This document shows, piece after piece, positions 1 through 11,356 of a stretch of 64,000 nt of DNA (position 1 is the stretch's first letter; the number at the start of each line of letters is the position of its first letter). Made by a program: the position numbers and the translations under genes. Location: contig CAZTOV010000003.1 in assembly GCA_964615175.1 (NCBI GenBank), positions 3,708-67,707 on the forward strand, in the 5' to 3' direction. Source of the DNA: an uncultured Burkholderiales bacterium (lineage in GTDB: Bacteria; Actinomycetota; Acidimicrobiia; IMCC26256; JACPCJ01). A model generated the notes under the pieces. The model was not told where the DNA came from and did not search any database. It saw nothing but the letters and a program-made list of their open reading frames with translations.

Positions 1-70
1 TTCAACCCAGGAACCGACAAGCTCTGCGGCGGACAGGGACCGACACAGAGGAACGAGGACCAACGCCGAC

Positions 71-670
71 ATGAACTGGTTGACACAGAACGCTTGGGCC
101 CGCAAAGCCCTCTCCGGGCTCTCGGTGCTCCTGGCCGTCGTCGGAGTGGGGATGCTCGCCTACCCCTTCGCCACCAACCTGTGGCAGAGCCGCCTCCAGG
201 ACCGTCTCGAGGGCGAGCTGGGCAGCGAAGAACTGCGCGACAAGTACGCCGCCGGGGCTCTGGGCGAGGGTGATGCCCTCACCCGCCTGAAGATCCCCGA
301 CCTCGACGTCGACGTGGTCGTCGTCGAGGGGACCTCGGCTTCGGCCCTGCGGGCGGGCGCCGGACACTACCCGGCCACTCCGCTTCCGGGCGAGGAGGGC
401 AACGTCGCCATCGCCGGCCACCGCACCACCTACGGCCGCCCCTTCCACGACCTGGACCGGTTGTCGACGGGCGACACCGTCGAGCTGACGACGCCGATCG
501 GCACGCACGTCTATGAAGTGGCGGTCGAGCCCTTCGTGGTCGACTCGCACGACTGGACCCCCATCGCCAACACCCCCGACAAGCAGACCCTCACCCTGAC
601 CACCTGCCACCCCAAGGGGTCGGCCAAGCAACGCCTGATCGTGAAGGCGACCCTGGTCGACTCCGCCTAG
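71..670 (+). CDS. Sortase family transpeptidase (class E-like)
   Basis: 199-aa ORF. N-terminal TM segment LSVLLAVVGVGMLAYPF, catalytic His context AIAGHRTTYG, Cys motif LTLTTCHP (TLxTC type). Purine-rich GAGGAACGAGGA lies upstream of the ATG. Confidence 0.85.
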   Translation: MNWLTQNAWARKALSGLSVLLAVVGVGMLAYPFATNLWQSRLQDRLEGELGSEELRDKYAAGALGEGDALTRLKIPDLDVDVVVVEGTSASALRAGAGHYPATPLPGEEGNVAIAGHRTTYGRPFHDLDRLSTGDTVELTTPIGTHVYEVAVEPFVVDSHDWTPIANTPDKQTLTLTTCHPKGSAKQRLIVKATLVDSA

Positions 671-712
671 CCCGTACCGCTGAACCCAACCGACATCGGA
701 GAGACAGACACC

Positions 713-1930
713 ATGCGCCGCACCATCGCACTCACCATCACAGCCGCACTGGCGCTGGCCCTCGCCCCCTTCGGGGTGGCGCAGGCCTCGCACACCGAAG
801 ACCACCCGAAGCAGCCGGTGATCAACATCGTCAAGCCCTCGGGCGACCTCTCGGCGACCGTCGACGCCGAGGTGCAGATCACCGAGGACATCCTCGGCCA
901 GGGGATCTACGAGTACTGGGTCGAGCTGCACGACGCCGACGGCCGGCTCGGTACCTTCTGCCACGAGGCCTACGTCGACGAGGAAGGGAACCCCGACCCC
1001 GTCAATGACGCGCTCACCCTCAAGTTCAAGTGGGACACCAACCGCTACCAGACCGGCAACGGTGTCACGAACTGCGACAGCGCCAACCCCACGCTGCCGA
1101 CCTCGGCGGGCAACCTGCCGAACGGCAACTACACCATCGTCGTGAAGGTCGATCTCTGGGACCGCTTCGGGGCTACTGAGAAGACTCCCAACGACGCCAC
1201 CAAGGCCATCGGCGTCGCCAACGCTCCCGCCACGCCCACCGGCGTGAAGCTCAAGTACAAGGAGTCGGCCGACCAGATCACCGTCTCGTGGAACGCCAAC
1301 CCCGAGAGCGGCTACGACTCGATCGCCTACCAGGTCGACGAGTGCACGGTGAGCCGGTCGTCGAAGCCCTGCAGCTCGTGGGACACCGTCGACAGCGTGT
1401 TCAAGACCAGCCTGACGGTGAAGCGCACCAAGCCCGACATCTACCGCTACCGGGTGATCGCGCTCCGGTCCGACGCCGACGGCACGGGCGTCATCGCCTC
1501 CGCCGGAGCGGCCACACCCCAGAGTGAGCCCACCGAGATCGAGGTCGAGGAGGACCCCGAGCCGACCACCAGCACCACCGAGCCCGAGGAGACGACCCCG
1601 TCCGAGCCTGAGACCCGCACGGTGGTGAAGCCCACCCGGCGGGTGCAGCGGGCCGCCCCCCAGGTGCTCCAGCGCATCGTCGAGGAGGATCCGGGCTACG
1701 AGGGTGAGCTGCCCTACGACGACGATGACGAGGAGGCCATCAGCGGCCTTCCCATCGACGGCAACAACGAGGACGGCGACGGGCAGCTGTCGACGCTGGT
1801 GCCGCTCGCCGGCGGTCTGACTCTCCTGATCTTCGCCCTCCAGCTCTGGTACCTCAACAACCGGGCCGGCCGCACGCTCGAGCCGATTCCGGTCGAGGCC
1901 TACGGCCCCGACGAGGGCTGGGCCGAGTAA
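713..1930 (+). CDS. Secreted/membrane-anchored FN3-like surface protein (paralog A)
   Basis: 405 aa. Signal peptide ...ALALAPFGVAQA. FN3-like block (PATPTGVKLKY..ITVSWNANPE..YRYRVIALR). Acidic Pro/Thr/Glu linker. C-terminal TM LVPLAGGLTLLIFALQLWYL followed by NNRAGR and a short tail. Clear paralog of 2286..3689. Confidence 0.75.
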   Translation: MRRTIALTITAALALALAPFGVAQASHTEDHPKQPVINIVKPSGDLSATVDAEVQITEDILGQGIYEYWVELHDADGRLGTFCHEAYVDEEGNPDPVNDALTLKFKWDTNRYQTGNGVTNCDSANPTLPTSAGNLPNGNYTIVVKVDLWDRFGATEKTPNDATKAIGVANAPATPTGVKLKYKESADQITVSWNANPESGYDSIAYQVDECTVSRSSKPCSSWDTVDSVFKTSLTVKRTKPDIYRYRVIALRSDADGTGVIASAGAATPQSEPTEIEVEEDPEPTTSTTEPEETTPSEPETRTVVKPTRRVQRAAPQVLQRIVEEDPGYEGELPYDDDDEEAISGLPIDGNNEDGDGQLSTLVPLAGGLTLLIFALQLWYLNNRAGRTLEPIPVEAYGPDEGWAE

Positions 1931-1954
1931 CTCCTCCGACAGGTCAGCGGCGCA

Positions 1955-1989
1955 ACGTTGGGCGGGGCCTTCCGGGTCCCGCCCAACGT
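1955..1989 (+). terminator. Hairpin downstream of 713..1930 (intrinsic-terminator-like)
   Basis: Perfect 12-bp inverted repeat ACGTTGGGCGGG (1955-1966) / CCCGCCCAACGT (1978-1989), 25 nt after the stop codon, followed by GCTGTT. There is no long U-tract. Confidence 0.5.
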
Positions 1990-2285
1990 GCTGTTCGGGC
2001 CGCGGTCGACGAAGGCTTCGTCCGCTTTGGGGGTTCATGGGCCTGCGCGAATCGGACACAGGGGACAACGTTCACTCAACGTGAGCATGCAGCGTGCCGA
2101 TACCGGTCCTGGAGGGGCGGACCGCACACGGTCAGTGGTGGCGGCGGCCCCCCGTGAACCGAACCGACGACGGGAGTCCCTGTGGGGGGAACGGCCATCA
2201 GGCCGATCGCGATGCCGTGGCACCGGGCCAGCTGTTGGCCCTCCCGCGCTTCGACTGACCTCGCCTGGCATCGGGCGGTGGGATC

Positions 2286-3689
2286 GTGAACGCGCTTCGG
2301 CTGCTCCGCGGCCCCCTGGTCGCCGCCGCGTCGGTGGCGCTCGTCGTCGCGCTGGGCATCCCGGCTTCCGCCGGCCACGTCACCCTCGAGGTCGACTGGA
2401 CCGCTCCCGGCGACGATCCGGAGCCCGGGGTCATCGTCGACGGCACCGTCGCTGTGGAAGCCGACGTGAGCTTTGACAGTGGCCTGGTGAACTCGAATGT
2501 CAAGGAGTGGCAGGTGCACCTGCGGTCCGAGAGCGGAAGCCCGAACGCGGTGCTGTGTTCGCGCGGTTACTCGGGACTCGGCACCTCGACGGCGACGGTC
2601 GACTTCACCTTCGACAGCCGCTACGTCCCATCAGGCACCGTCAACACCGAATGTCAGGAGGGTGACTCGGCCAATGCCGATCCCAGCCAGCGCTTGATGA
2701 ACGGACGCTACGCGCTCCGTCTCAGGGCGCATGACCAGGTCCTCACCAACGAGTGGCACGAACAGGACTTCGCCATTCGCGTCAACAACCCACCCAGCAT
2801 TCCTCAGGACGTCGCCGCCGCGTTCGACGAGGCGGAGCAGCAGGTGCGGGTGACCTGGGCCGAGAACCCCGAGATCGATCTGTACGGCTACCTCGTCCAA
2901 CAGTGCCGCACCGAGACCACCGCGAAGACGTGTGGGTCTTCGGACTGGACGACGGTGGCAGAGAACGGTTCCGACGATGTCGATGTCGATGTCGATGTGA
3001 CCGAGACCGGCGCGTATCGCTACCGGGTGATTGCGGAGCGTCCCGACTGGTCACAGAACGCCACCCTCTCGTCGGAGGCGGCCAACGCCGGCGACCCGAT
3101 CGTGCTCGAGGACCAGAGCGCGGACCCGGAGAAGCCTGACGCCGACGACCCCTCATCCGATCCGGAGCCGCGCGATGACGAGGCGCCCAGCACGCTGCCG
3201 GAGCAGACCACCAACCCCGACAATGACGAGGGTGTTTCGGGTGGCAATGAGCGTCGCCGGAGTCTCGAGCCTCGCCTCGTCCAGCGGGAAGCGTTCGACG
3301 CCGGAGGTTTCGAAGAGGCTCTGCCGTACGGAGCGCAGACGGTCGACGACACGCCGGCGCGCGCCGACGGCCTGCTCATCGGCCGCGAGGGGGCCGGCAA
3401 CGCGTTCGTGCCGATCGCCGGCGGGCTCGTCGTGTTCGTCTTCTCGATGCAGCTTCGGTACCTGGGCCGGCGGGCGTCGCTCGCCGCGGTTGGTGCCGGA
3501 GGAGCGATCGCGATCGGTGACCAGTGGGGTTCCGACGACACCGACGGCGAAGACGTCGTCGACCACGACCACGCGACCGACACCGACGAGGACGACGAGG
3601 GACCGGCCTTCCGCCCGCTCCTCGGCGGATCTGCCGACGGTCCCGGCAGCTTCATCTCCAACTGGAAACGCTGGGTGCCCAAGTCCTGA
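2286..3689 (+). CDS. Secreted/membrane-anchored FN3-like surface protein (paralog B)
   Basis: 467 aa, GTG start. Signal peptide ...ALGIPASAGH. FN3-like block (PPSIPQDVAAAF..VRVTWAENPE..YRYRVIAERPD). Acidic linker. TM FVPIAGGLVVFVFSMQLRYL followed by GRRA and a ~90-aa acidic tail. Carries a DVDVDVDV repeat. Confidence 0.75.
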   Translation: MNALRLLRGPLVAAASVALVVALGIPASAGHVTLEVDWTAPGDDPEPGVIVDGTVAVEADVSFDSGLVNSNVKEWQVHLRSESGSPNAVLCSRGYSGLGTSTATVDFTFDSRYVPSGTVNTECQEGDSANADPSQRLMNGRYALRLRAHDQVLTNEWHEQDFAIRVNNPPSIPQDVAAAFDEAEQQVRVTWAENPEIDLYGYLVQQCRTETTAKTCGSSDWTTVAENGSDDVDVDVDVTETGAYRYRVIAERPDWSQNATLSSEAANAGDPIVLEDQSADPEKPDADDPSSDPEPRDDEAPSTLPEQTTNPDNDEGVSGGNERRRSLEPRLVQREAFDAGGFEEALPYGAQTVDDTPARADGLLIGREGAGNAFVPIAGGLVVFVFSMQLRYLGRRASLAAVGAGGAIAIGDQWGSDDTDGEDVVDHDHATDTDEDDEGPAFRPLLGGSADGPGSFISNWKRWVPKS

Positions 3690-3738
3690 GTTCTTGACTG
3701 TGAATTGCCCGCTCAGCGGGCAATTCACAGTCAAGAAC
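3690..3738. repeat. Perfect palindromic hairpin element, copy 1 (probable bidirectional terminator)
   Basis: GTTCTTGACTGTGAATTGCCCGC-tca-GCGGGCAATTCACAGTCAAGAAC: 23-bp perfect stem (3690-3712 / 3716-3738). It sits between convergent genes. The stop of 2286..3689 abuts it, and the helicase stop codon (3731-3733) lies inside its right arm. Confidence 0.8.
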
Positions 3739-6034
3739 CGGAGCTGTGCAGCACGAGTTGCAGCAGGCCGATGGCGGCCTCCTTGTCGAGGTATTCGTTC
3801 CAGTTGCCGCACTTGGGTGACTGCACGCACGACGGGCATCCGGCGTCACATGGGCACGATCGCACCAGCTCCAAGGTGTCGGCGACGTGGCGGTCGGCGT
3901 CGGCGTAGGCCAGCTCGGCGATCCCGGCTCCGCCCGGGTAGCCGTCGTAGATGAAGATCGAGGGCAGACCGGTGTCGGGATGCACGGCGATCGAAAGGCC
4001 CCCCACGTCCCAGCGGTCGCAGATGGCGAAGAGCGGGAGCATGCCGATGAGGGCGTGCTCGGCAGCGTGGAGGGCACCGAGCAGCCGGGGCGTGGCGAAG
4101 CCCAGTTCGTCGACCAGTTCGTGGGGCACCGTGTACCAGCACGCCCGGGTCGGGAGATTGCGAGGCGGGAGGTCGAGGTCCTCCACCGCGATGACGTCGC
4201 CGGTGCCGACCTGCTTGCGCTGGTAGCCGGTGACCGTGGTGGTCACCGACACGGCGCCCAGGTGGACGGTCGAGCGGCCCAGCGGACGCTGCTCGTCGGT
4301 GTCGTCGACCGCGAGGTCGGTGTCTTCCCGGGGCTGTGTGTACTCGTCGCCGTCGAACTCCTCGAGGAGCGCCGTCCGGTCACGGAGGCGCAGCGCGGTC
4401 ACCCGGTACTGGCGTCCCTGGTGGAGGTACACGGCCCCTTCATGGGCCGTGTTGAACACGCGGCTGCCGTCGACGGTGCCCACGACCTCGTGGCTCGTCT
4501 CGAGGACGAGCCGGAACTCCTCGGCGCTGCCGGTGCGCAGCCCGACCCGGGGAGCCGGAGGCCGCCGGTCGGCCCACACAAGTCGCTCGCCCCGCACGCG
4601 GAGTCGGTCCTCTCTGACCAGGGAGGTGACCGCCTCGTCGATGCCGTCGCCGAAGTACTCGGCATCGGCGTCGACCAGCGGCAGTTCGTAGGCCGCGCAC
4701 GCCAGGTGGGGCTCGAGGACGAAGGGGTTCGCGGGGTTGATCACCGCCGGCTCCGGTGGACGGGTGAACAGCTCTGCTGGGTGCGAGAGCCACCACTGGT
4801 CGAGCTGGTCGTCGCCGGCGACCAGCACGGCTGCCGATCGGCGCTGCTCCCGCCCCGCGCGCCCGGCCTGCTGCCACATGGAGGCGAGCGTGCCCGGAAA
4901 GCCGTTGAGGACGATGGCGTCGAGGCCGCCGACGTCGATGCCCAGTTCCAGGGCGTTGGTCGCGGCCACGCCCCGCAGCTCGCCACCGGAGAGCCGCTCC
5001 TCCAACTCCCGTCGCTCGTCGGGCAGGTATCCGCCCCGGTAGGCAGCCACGTGCTCGGCGAGCTCGGGAGCGTCGGGGCGGAGGATGTCGCGAGCATGGC
5101 CGGCGACGAGCTCGGCGCCGGTCCGTGACCGGGTGAAGGTCAGGACCTGAAGGCCATCGGCCAGGAGGCGGGCCATGAGGCGGGCGGTCTCGTAGTTGGC
5201 CGATGCCCGGCTCCCCGTCGTCGGCTCGACCAGCGGCCGCTCCCAGAGCCCGAAGCAGCGTTCGCCTCTCGGTGACCCGTCGTCGTCGACGGTCTCGACC
5301 GGGAGTCCGCAGAGGTGTTGGGCGAGTTCGCCGGGGTTGCCGATGGTCGCCGAGGAGAAGCAGAAGGTGGGGGTCGAGCCGTAGTGGGCGCACACCCGCC
5401 GTAGCCGTCGGAGAAGTTGCGCGACGTGGCTCCCGAAGATGCCGCGCAGGGTGTGGAGTTCGTCGACCACGATCAATCGGAGCCGTGAGAAGAAAGTCGA
5501 CCAGCGTTCGTGGCGCGGGAGGATCCCGATGTGGAGCATGTCGGGGTTGGTGAGCAGGACCTGCGCTTCCCGGCGGATCCGAGTGCGGGCTTCGCGGGGC
5601 GTGTCGCCGTCGTAGGCGGCCGCCTGGAGATCGGGCACCATCCACTGGTGCAGGGCCCGCAGTTGGTCGTGGGCCAGGGCCTTGGTGGGGAAGAGCATGA
5701 GCGCCGTGTCGACACCCTCCTCGAGGGCGGCCTCGAGGATCGGCACCTGGTAGCAGAGCGACTTGCCCGACGCGGTGCCGGTGGCGATCACCACGTGGCG
5801 ACCGTCGCGCAGGGCGTCGATGGCGAGGGCCTGGTGGGTGTAGAGAGCGTCGATGCCCCGTTCGGCCATCCGCTCTCGCAGGTCGGGGTGGATGGCTTCG
5901 GTCGTCTCGCCGTATCCGGCCGACTGTTCGGGGACGCGTTCGACGTGGACGATCCGCTCACCCAGCTCGGGATCACGCCGAAGCGCCTCGATCACGTCAC
6001 ACGCGTCGCGGTCCGTCTCCTTTCCGTTGCCCAC
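3731..6034 (-). CDS. DEAD/DEAH-box (DExH) helicase with C-terminal DUF1998 Cys4 domain (MrfA/SftH-like)
   Basis: 767 aa, GTG start. Motif I TGTASGKS, motif II VVDELH, motif III SSATIGNP. C-terminal CPCDAGCPSCVQSPKCGNWNEYLDK is typical of DUF1998. Confidence 0.9.
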   Translation of the reverse strand: MGNGKETDRDACDVIEALRRDPELGERIVHVERVPEQSAGYGETTEAIHPDLRERMAERGIDALYTHQALAIDALRDGRHVVIATGTASGKSLCYQVPILEAALEEGVDTALMLFPTKALAHDQLRALHQWMVPDLQAAAYDGDTPREARTRIRREAQVLLTNPDMLHIGILPRHERWSTFFSRLRLIVVDELHTLRGIFGSHVAQLLRRLRRVCAHYGSTPTFCFSSATIGNPGELAQHLCGLPVETVDDDGSPRGERCFGLWERPLVEPTTGSRASANYETARLMARLLADGLQVLTFTRSRTGAELVAGHARDILRPDAPELAEHVAAYRGGYLPDERRELEERLSGGELRGVAATNALELGIDVGGLDAIVLNGFPGTLASMWQQAGRAGREQRRSAAVLVAGDDQLDQWWLSHPAELFTRPPEPAVINPANPFVLEPHLACAAYELPLVDADAEYFGDGIDEAVTSLVREDRLRVRGERLVWADRRPPAPRVGLRTGSAEEFRLVLETSHEVVGTVDGSRVFNTAHEGAVYLHQGRQYRVTALRLRDRTALLEEFDGDEYTQPREDTDLAVDDTDEQRPLGRSTVHLGAVSVTTTVTGYQRKQVGTGDVIAVEDLDLPPRNLPTRACWYTVPHELVDELGFATPRLLGALHAAEHALIGMLPLFAICDRWDVGGLSIAVHPDTGLPSIFIYDGYPGGAGIAELAYADADRHVADTLELVRSCPCDAGCPSCVQSPKCGNWNEYLDKEAAIGLLQLVLHSSGS

Positions 6035-6064
6035 ACCGGCAGGCTACGAGGTGGTTGCGCCCTG

Positions 6065-6113
6065 GTTCTTGACTGCGTTTTGCCCGCTCAGCGGGCAAAA
6101 CGCAGTCAAGAAC
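6065..6113. repeat. Perfect palindromic hairpin element, copy 2
   Basis: GTTCTTGACTGCGTTTTGCCCGC-tca-GCGGGCAAAACGCAGTCAAGAAC. Same outer stem, inner stem and loop as copy 1. The middle 6 bp differ at 3 positions, each with a compensating change. It lies 2 nt after the LCP stop and 30 nt upstream of the helicase GTG. Confidence 0.8.
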
Positions 6114-6114
6114 G

Positions 6115-7059
6115 TCACGGGAACTCGTTTCCGGCGCCGTCGACCGCGGGTGGGTTCTGCACGATGGCGTCGTCGGCGAAGTCGTCGAAGAGCGGCTGGG
6201 CGGCGTCGGTGGGGAAGACGACCGATGCTCCACCCGCTGAGCCGGTGGTTCCGGGCATGGTGATGTTGAGCACCTGATCGGGGTCGATGTCCAGGGCCAG
6301 GCGCCCGAGCTTGTAGAGGTCGGTGGCGGTCACACCGTCGGTGGTCTTGAGGTGACTCAGCAAGAGGGCCACGAGCTTCATGGTGTCGGCGGGAGTCGGC
6401 TCCATCTCCTGAAAGTCGCGGAGTCCCGACAGGAGCAACAGGCCCTGGTGGTGCGTGCGCGTGAAGTCGCCCAGGGGCACACCCTTGCGGCTGCGGGCCA
6501 GGGCCAGCGCCTGGGTGCCGGTCATGTGGCGTTCCCCGGCCTCGAAGTTGGCTCCGGAGAAGTTGTCGAAGACGCGGATGGGCAGATCGATGTCGACACC
6601 GCCTGCATCGCCGACGAGCCCCACGAACCCCTTGAAGTTGGTGGTGATGACGTACTGCACGGGGGCTCCGGTCAGCTGGGTGAGGGTCTGCCCCACCAGC
6701 TCGGCCCCACCGAAGGGGTGCGAGTTGTTGATCTTGCTGGTTCCCCGTCCGGGAAGCTCGGTCCAGGTGTCGCGGGGGATGTTGAGGACGGTGGCCTGGC
6801 GCTCCTCGGGGTTCACGCCGACCACGTGGATGGCGTCGGCTCGCGCGCCCGAGACCCCGGGTCGGTCGTCGGTGCCGACGATGGCGATGAACACCGGTCC
6901 GTCGGGGAAGCCGTCGAAGCGGGCGGAGGCCATCTTGTGGATCTCGACGGTCTCCTCGCCTGCGCCGACACCGCTGGTGCTGAACAGGAGCAGGCCGGTG
7001 GAGAGAACGGCGGCGATCGCCGCGAACGCCCAGCCCGGAAGGCGTTGGAGTCGGCTCAT
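6115..7059 (-). CDS. LytR-CpsA-Psr (LCP) family cell-envelope phosphotransferase
   Basis: ORF 6115..7149, trimmed to the ATG at 7059 (MSRLQRLPGWAFAAIAAVLSTG.. TM anchor). LCP signature RADAIHVVGVNPEERQATVLNIPRDTW. The start overlaps the upstream stop (TGATG). Confidence 0.85.
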   Translation of the reverse strand: MSRLQRLPGWAFAAIAAVLSTGLLLFSTSGVGAGEETVEIHKMASARFDGFPDGPVFIAIVGTDDRPGVSGARADAIHVVGVNPEERQATVLNIPRDTWTELPGRGTSKINNSHPFGGAELVGQTLTQLTGAPVQYVITTNFKGFVGLVGDAGGVDIDLPIRVFDNFSGANFEAGERHMTGTQALALARSRKGVPLGDFTRTHHQGLLLLSGLRDFQEMEPTPADTMKLVALLLSHLKTTDGVTATDLYKLGRLALDIDPDQVLNITMPGTTGSAGGASVVFPTDAAQPLFDDFADDAIVQNPPAVDGAGNEFP

Positions 7060-7757
7060 CAGAAGCTCGCCTCCTCCTGTTGCTGGGTCGTGGTGGTCTG
7101 GCTGGCGAAGGTTCGCTCGACGGTCACCTCGTAGCCACCGATCCTCCAATCGCCCTCGACCCGTTCCAGCACCAGGTCACCGGCGCGGTCGACGATGACG
7201 TCGTCGTCGCCCGTGCGGACGACCATCGACACGTCGATGGTGGCGGCGACGAGCTGGGCCGACCCGTCCTCACCCAGTAGGGCAGCGAGGTCGAGGTCGG
7301 CTCGTTCGGTCGACACGCCGTGTTCGGCGCGAGGGAGGTGGTCGTCGGCGAGGGCGAGCCGGTCGTCGGTTGCGAGTCGTGCGGAGGCTGCCTCGGTGAA
7401 GTACCTGGCGAGGGGTGTCGGTGCCGGAGATTCCTCGGCGTCGGGGTCGTGCTCGAGGGGCTCGATGGTGGCCGCTTCGAGGTATCCCTTGATGAGCGCT
7501 TCGATGGCGGCGACGTCTTCGGCCGGTAGCTCGGCGGGTTGGCCCTGAAGGTTGAACACGTCGTCGAGGGCCGCCGGCGCGGCGATGGTGAGCGGCTTCT
7601 TGGGCGGCGGCTCTTCCTCGCTGCCGCCCCCGATCAGGAAGGCGACGACGGTCAGTCCGGCGGCGAGCGCCACGAACACGCCGGCGATGCCAGCGAGGAG
7701 ATGGCGCCGATCGGCGTCGGCGAGGCGTTGACGGAGGCGAGCGATGGCGGTGGTCAT
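7059..7757 (-). CDS. Membrane-anchored hypothetical protein, coupled to the LCP gene
   Basis: 232 aa. Single N-terminal TM (LLAGIAGVFVALAAGLTVVAFLIGG). Its stop overlaps the LCP start by 1 nt. No recognisable catalytic motif. Confidence 0.6.
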   Translation of the reverse strand: MTTAIARLRQRLADADRRHLLAGIAGVFVALAAGLTVVAFLIGGGSEEEPPPKKPLTIAAPAALDDVFNLQGQPAELPAEDVAAIEALIKGYLEAATIEPLEHDPDAEESPAPTPLARYFTEAASARLATDDRLALADDHLPRAEHGVSTERADLDLAALLGEDGSAQLVAATIDVSMVVRTGDDDVIVDRAGDLVLERVEGDWRIGGYEVTVERTFASQTTTTQQQEEASF

Positions 7758-7810
7758 ACCCGTGGAGCGGCGAGGCTAGGCGGTGGTGTGGTCACCCGGA
7801 CGAAACGGCC

Positions 7811-8566
7811 TCACGCTACGTGTTCTGCCTCGGCCCGGCGGCGACGTTCCTTGAGGATCTCGAACACCGCCGGAAGCACCGAAAGCACCACGATCACCGC
7901 GATGATGGGGAGCAGGTAGCGGTCGATCCCGGGAATGGTCTCGCCGAGGGCGTAGCCGATGCTGGTGACACCGACCGCCCAGATGAAGCCCCCGACGACG
8001 TTGAAGGTGACGAAGGTGCGGTACGGCATGCTCCCCACGCCGGCGAGGATCGGAGCGAAGGTGCGAACGATGGGGACGAAGCGGGCGATGACGATGGTCT
8101 TGGCCCCGTGACGCTCGAAGAACTCCTGGGAGTGTTCGACGTACTTCTGTTTGAAGATGCGCGAGTCGGGGCGGCGGAAGAGGGCGGCGCCGACCCGGTT
8201 GCCGAAGACGTAGCCCACCTGATCGCCGACGACGGCGGCCACGAAGGTTCCGGTGAGGAGGAGGGGAAGGCTCACGTTGAGCACGCCGCGCGACACGAGG
8301 AGCCCGGCGGTGAACAGCAGCGAGTCGCCGGGAAGGAAGAATCCGATGAGGAGGCCCGACTCCGCGAACACGATGAGCAGGATGCCGATGAACCCGAACG
8401 TGTCGATGAGCGACTCGGGATCGACGAAGTCGAGCGCACCCACGATGAGCAGCGCGAGATGCACGAGGCCGTAGGGTAGACGCCGCGTCCATGGAGACGG
8501 GGATCCCGCTCCCGACGATTCCTGCCACCCTGGAGACAGAGCCTGAGAGACCCCCGCGCTTGACAC
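7811..8566 (-). CDS. DedA / VTT-domain membrane protein
   Basis: DedA-type motif FAESGLLIGFFLPGDSLLFTAG and several TM segments. The true start may be the GTG at 8464 (VHLALLIVG..), because 8566 leaves only 30 nt before divergent topA. Confidence 0.8.
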   Translation of the reverse strand: MSSAGVSQALSPGWQESSGAGSPSPWTRRLPYGLVHLALLIVGALDFVDPESLIDTFGFIGILLIVFAESGLLIGFFLPGDSLLFTAGLLVSRGVLNVSLPLLLTGTFVAAVVGDQVGYVFGNRVGAALFRRPDSRIFKQKYVEHSQEFFERHGAKTIVIARFVPIVRTFAPILAGVGSMPYRTFVTFNVVGGFIWAVGVTSIGYALGETIPGIDRYLLPIIAVIVVLSVLPAVFEILKERRRRAEAEHVA

Positions 8567-8596
8567 GGCGCGGCCAAGCTGCGAAACCGAATCGCC

Positions 8597-11352
<2,756 letters not shown>

Positions 11353-11356
<4 letters not shown>

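Noticed and set aside
2-2068. 688-aa minus-strand ORF spanning the sortase and surface-protein genes
   Set aside because: It is antisense to two well-supported plus-strand genes. Its Gly/Arg/Val-rich, low-complexity composition is typical of spurious long ORFs in high-GC DNA.
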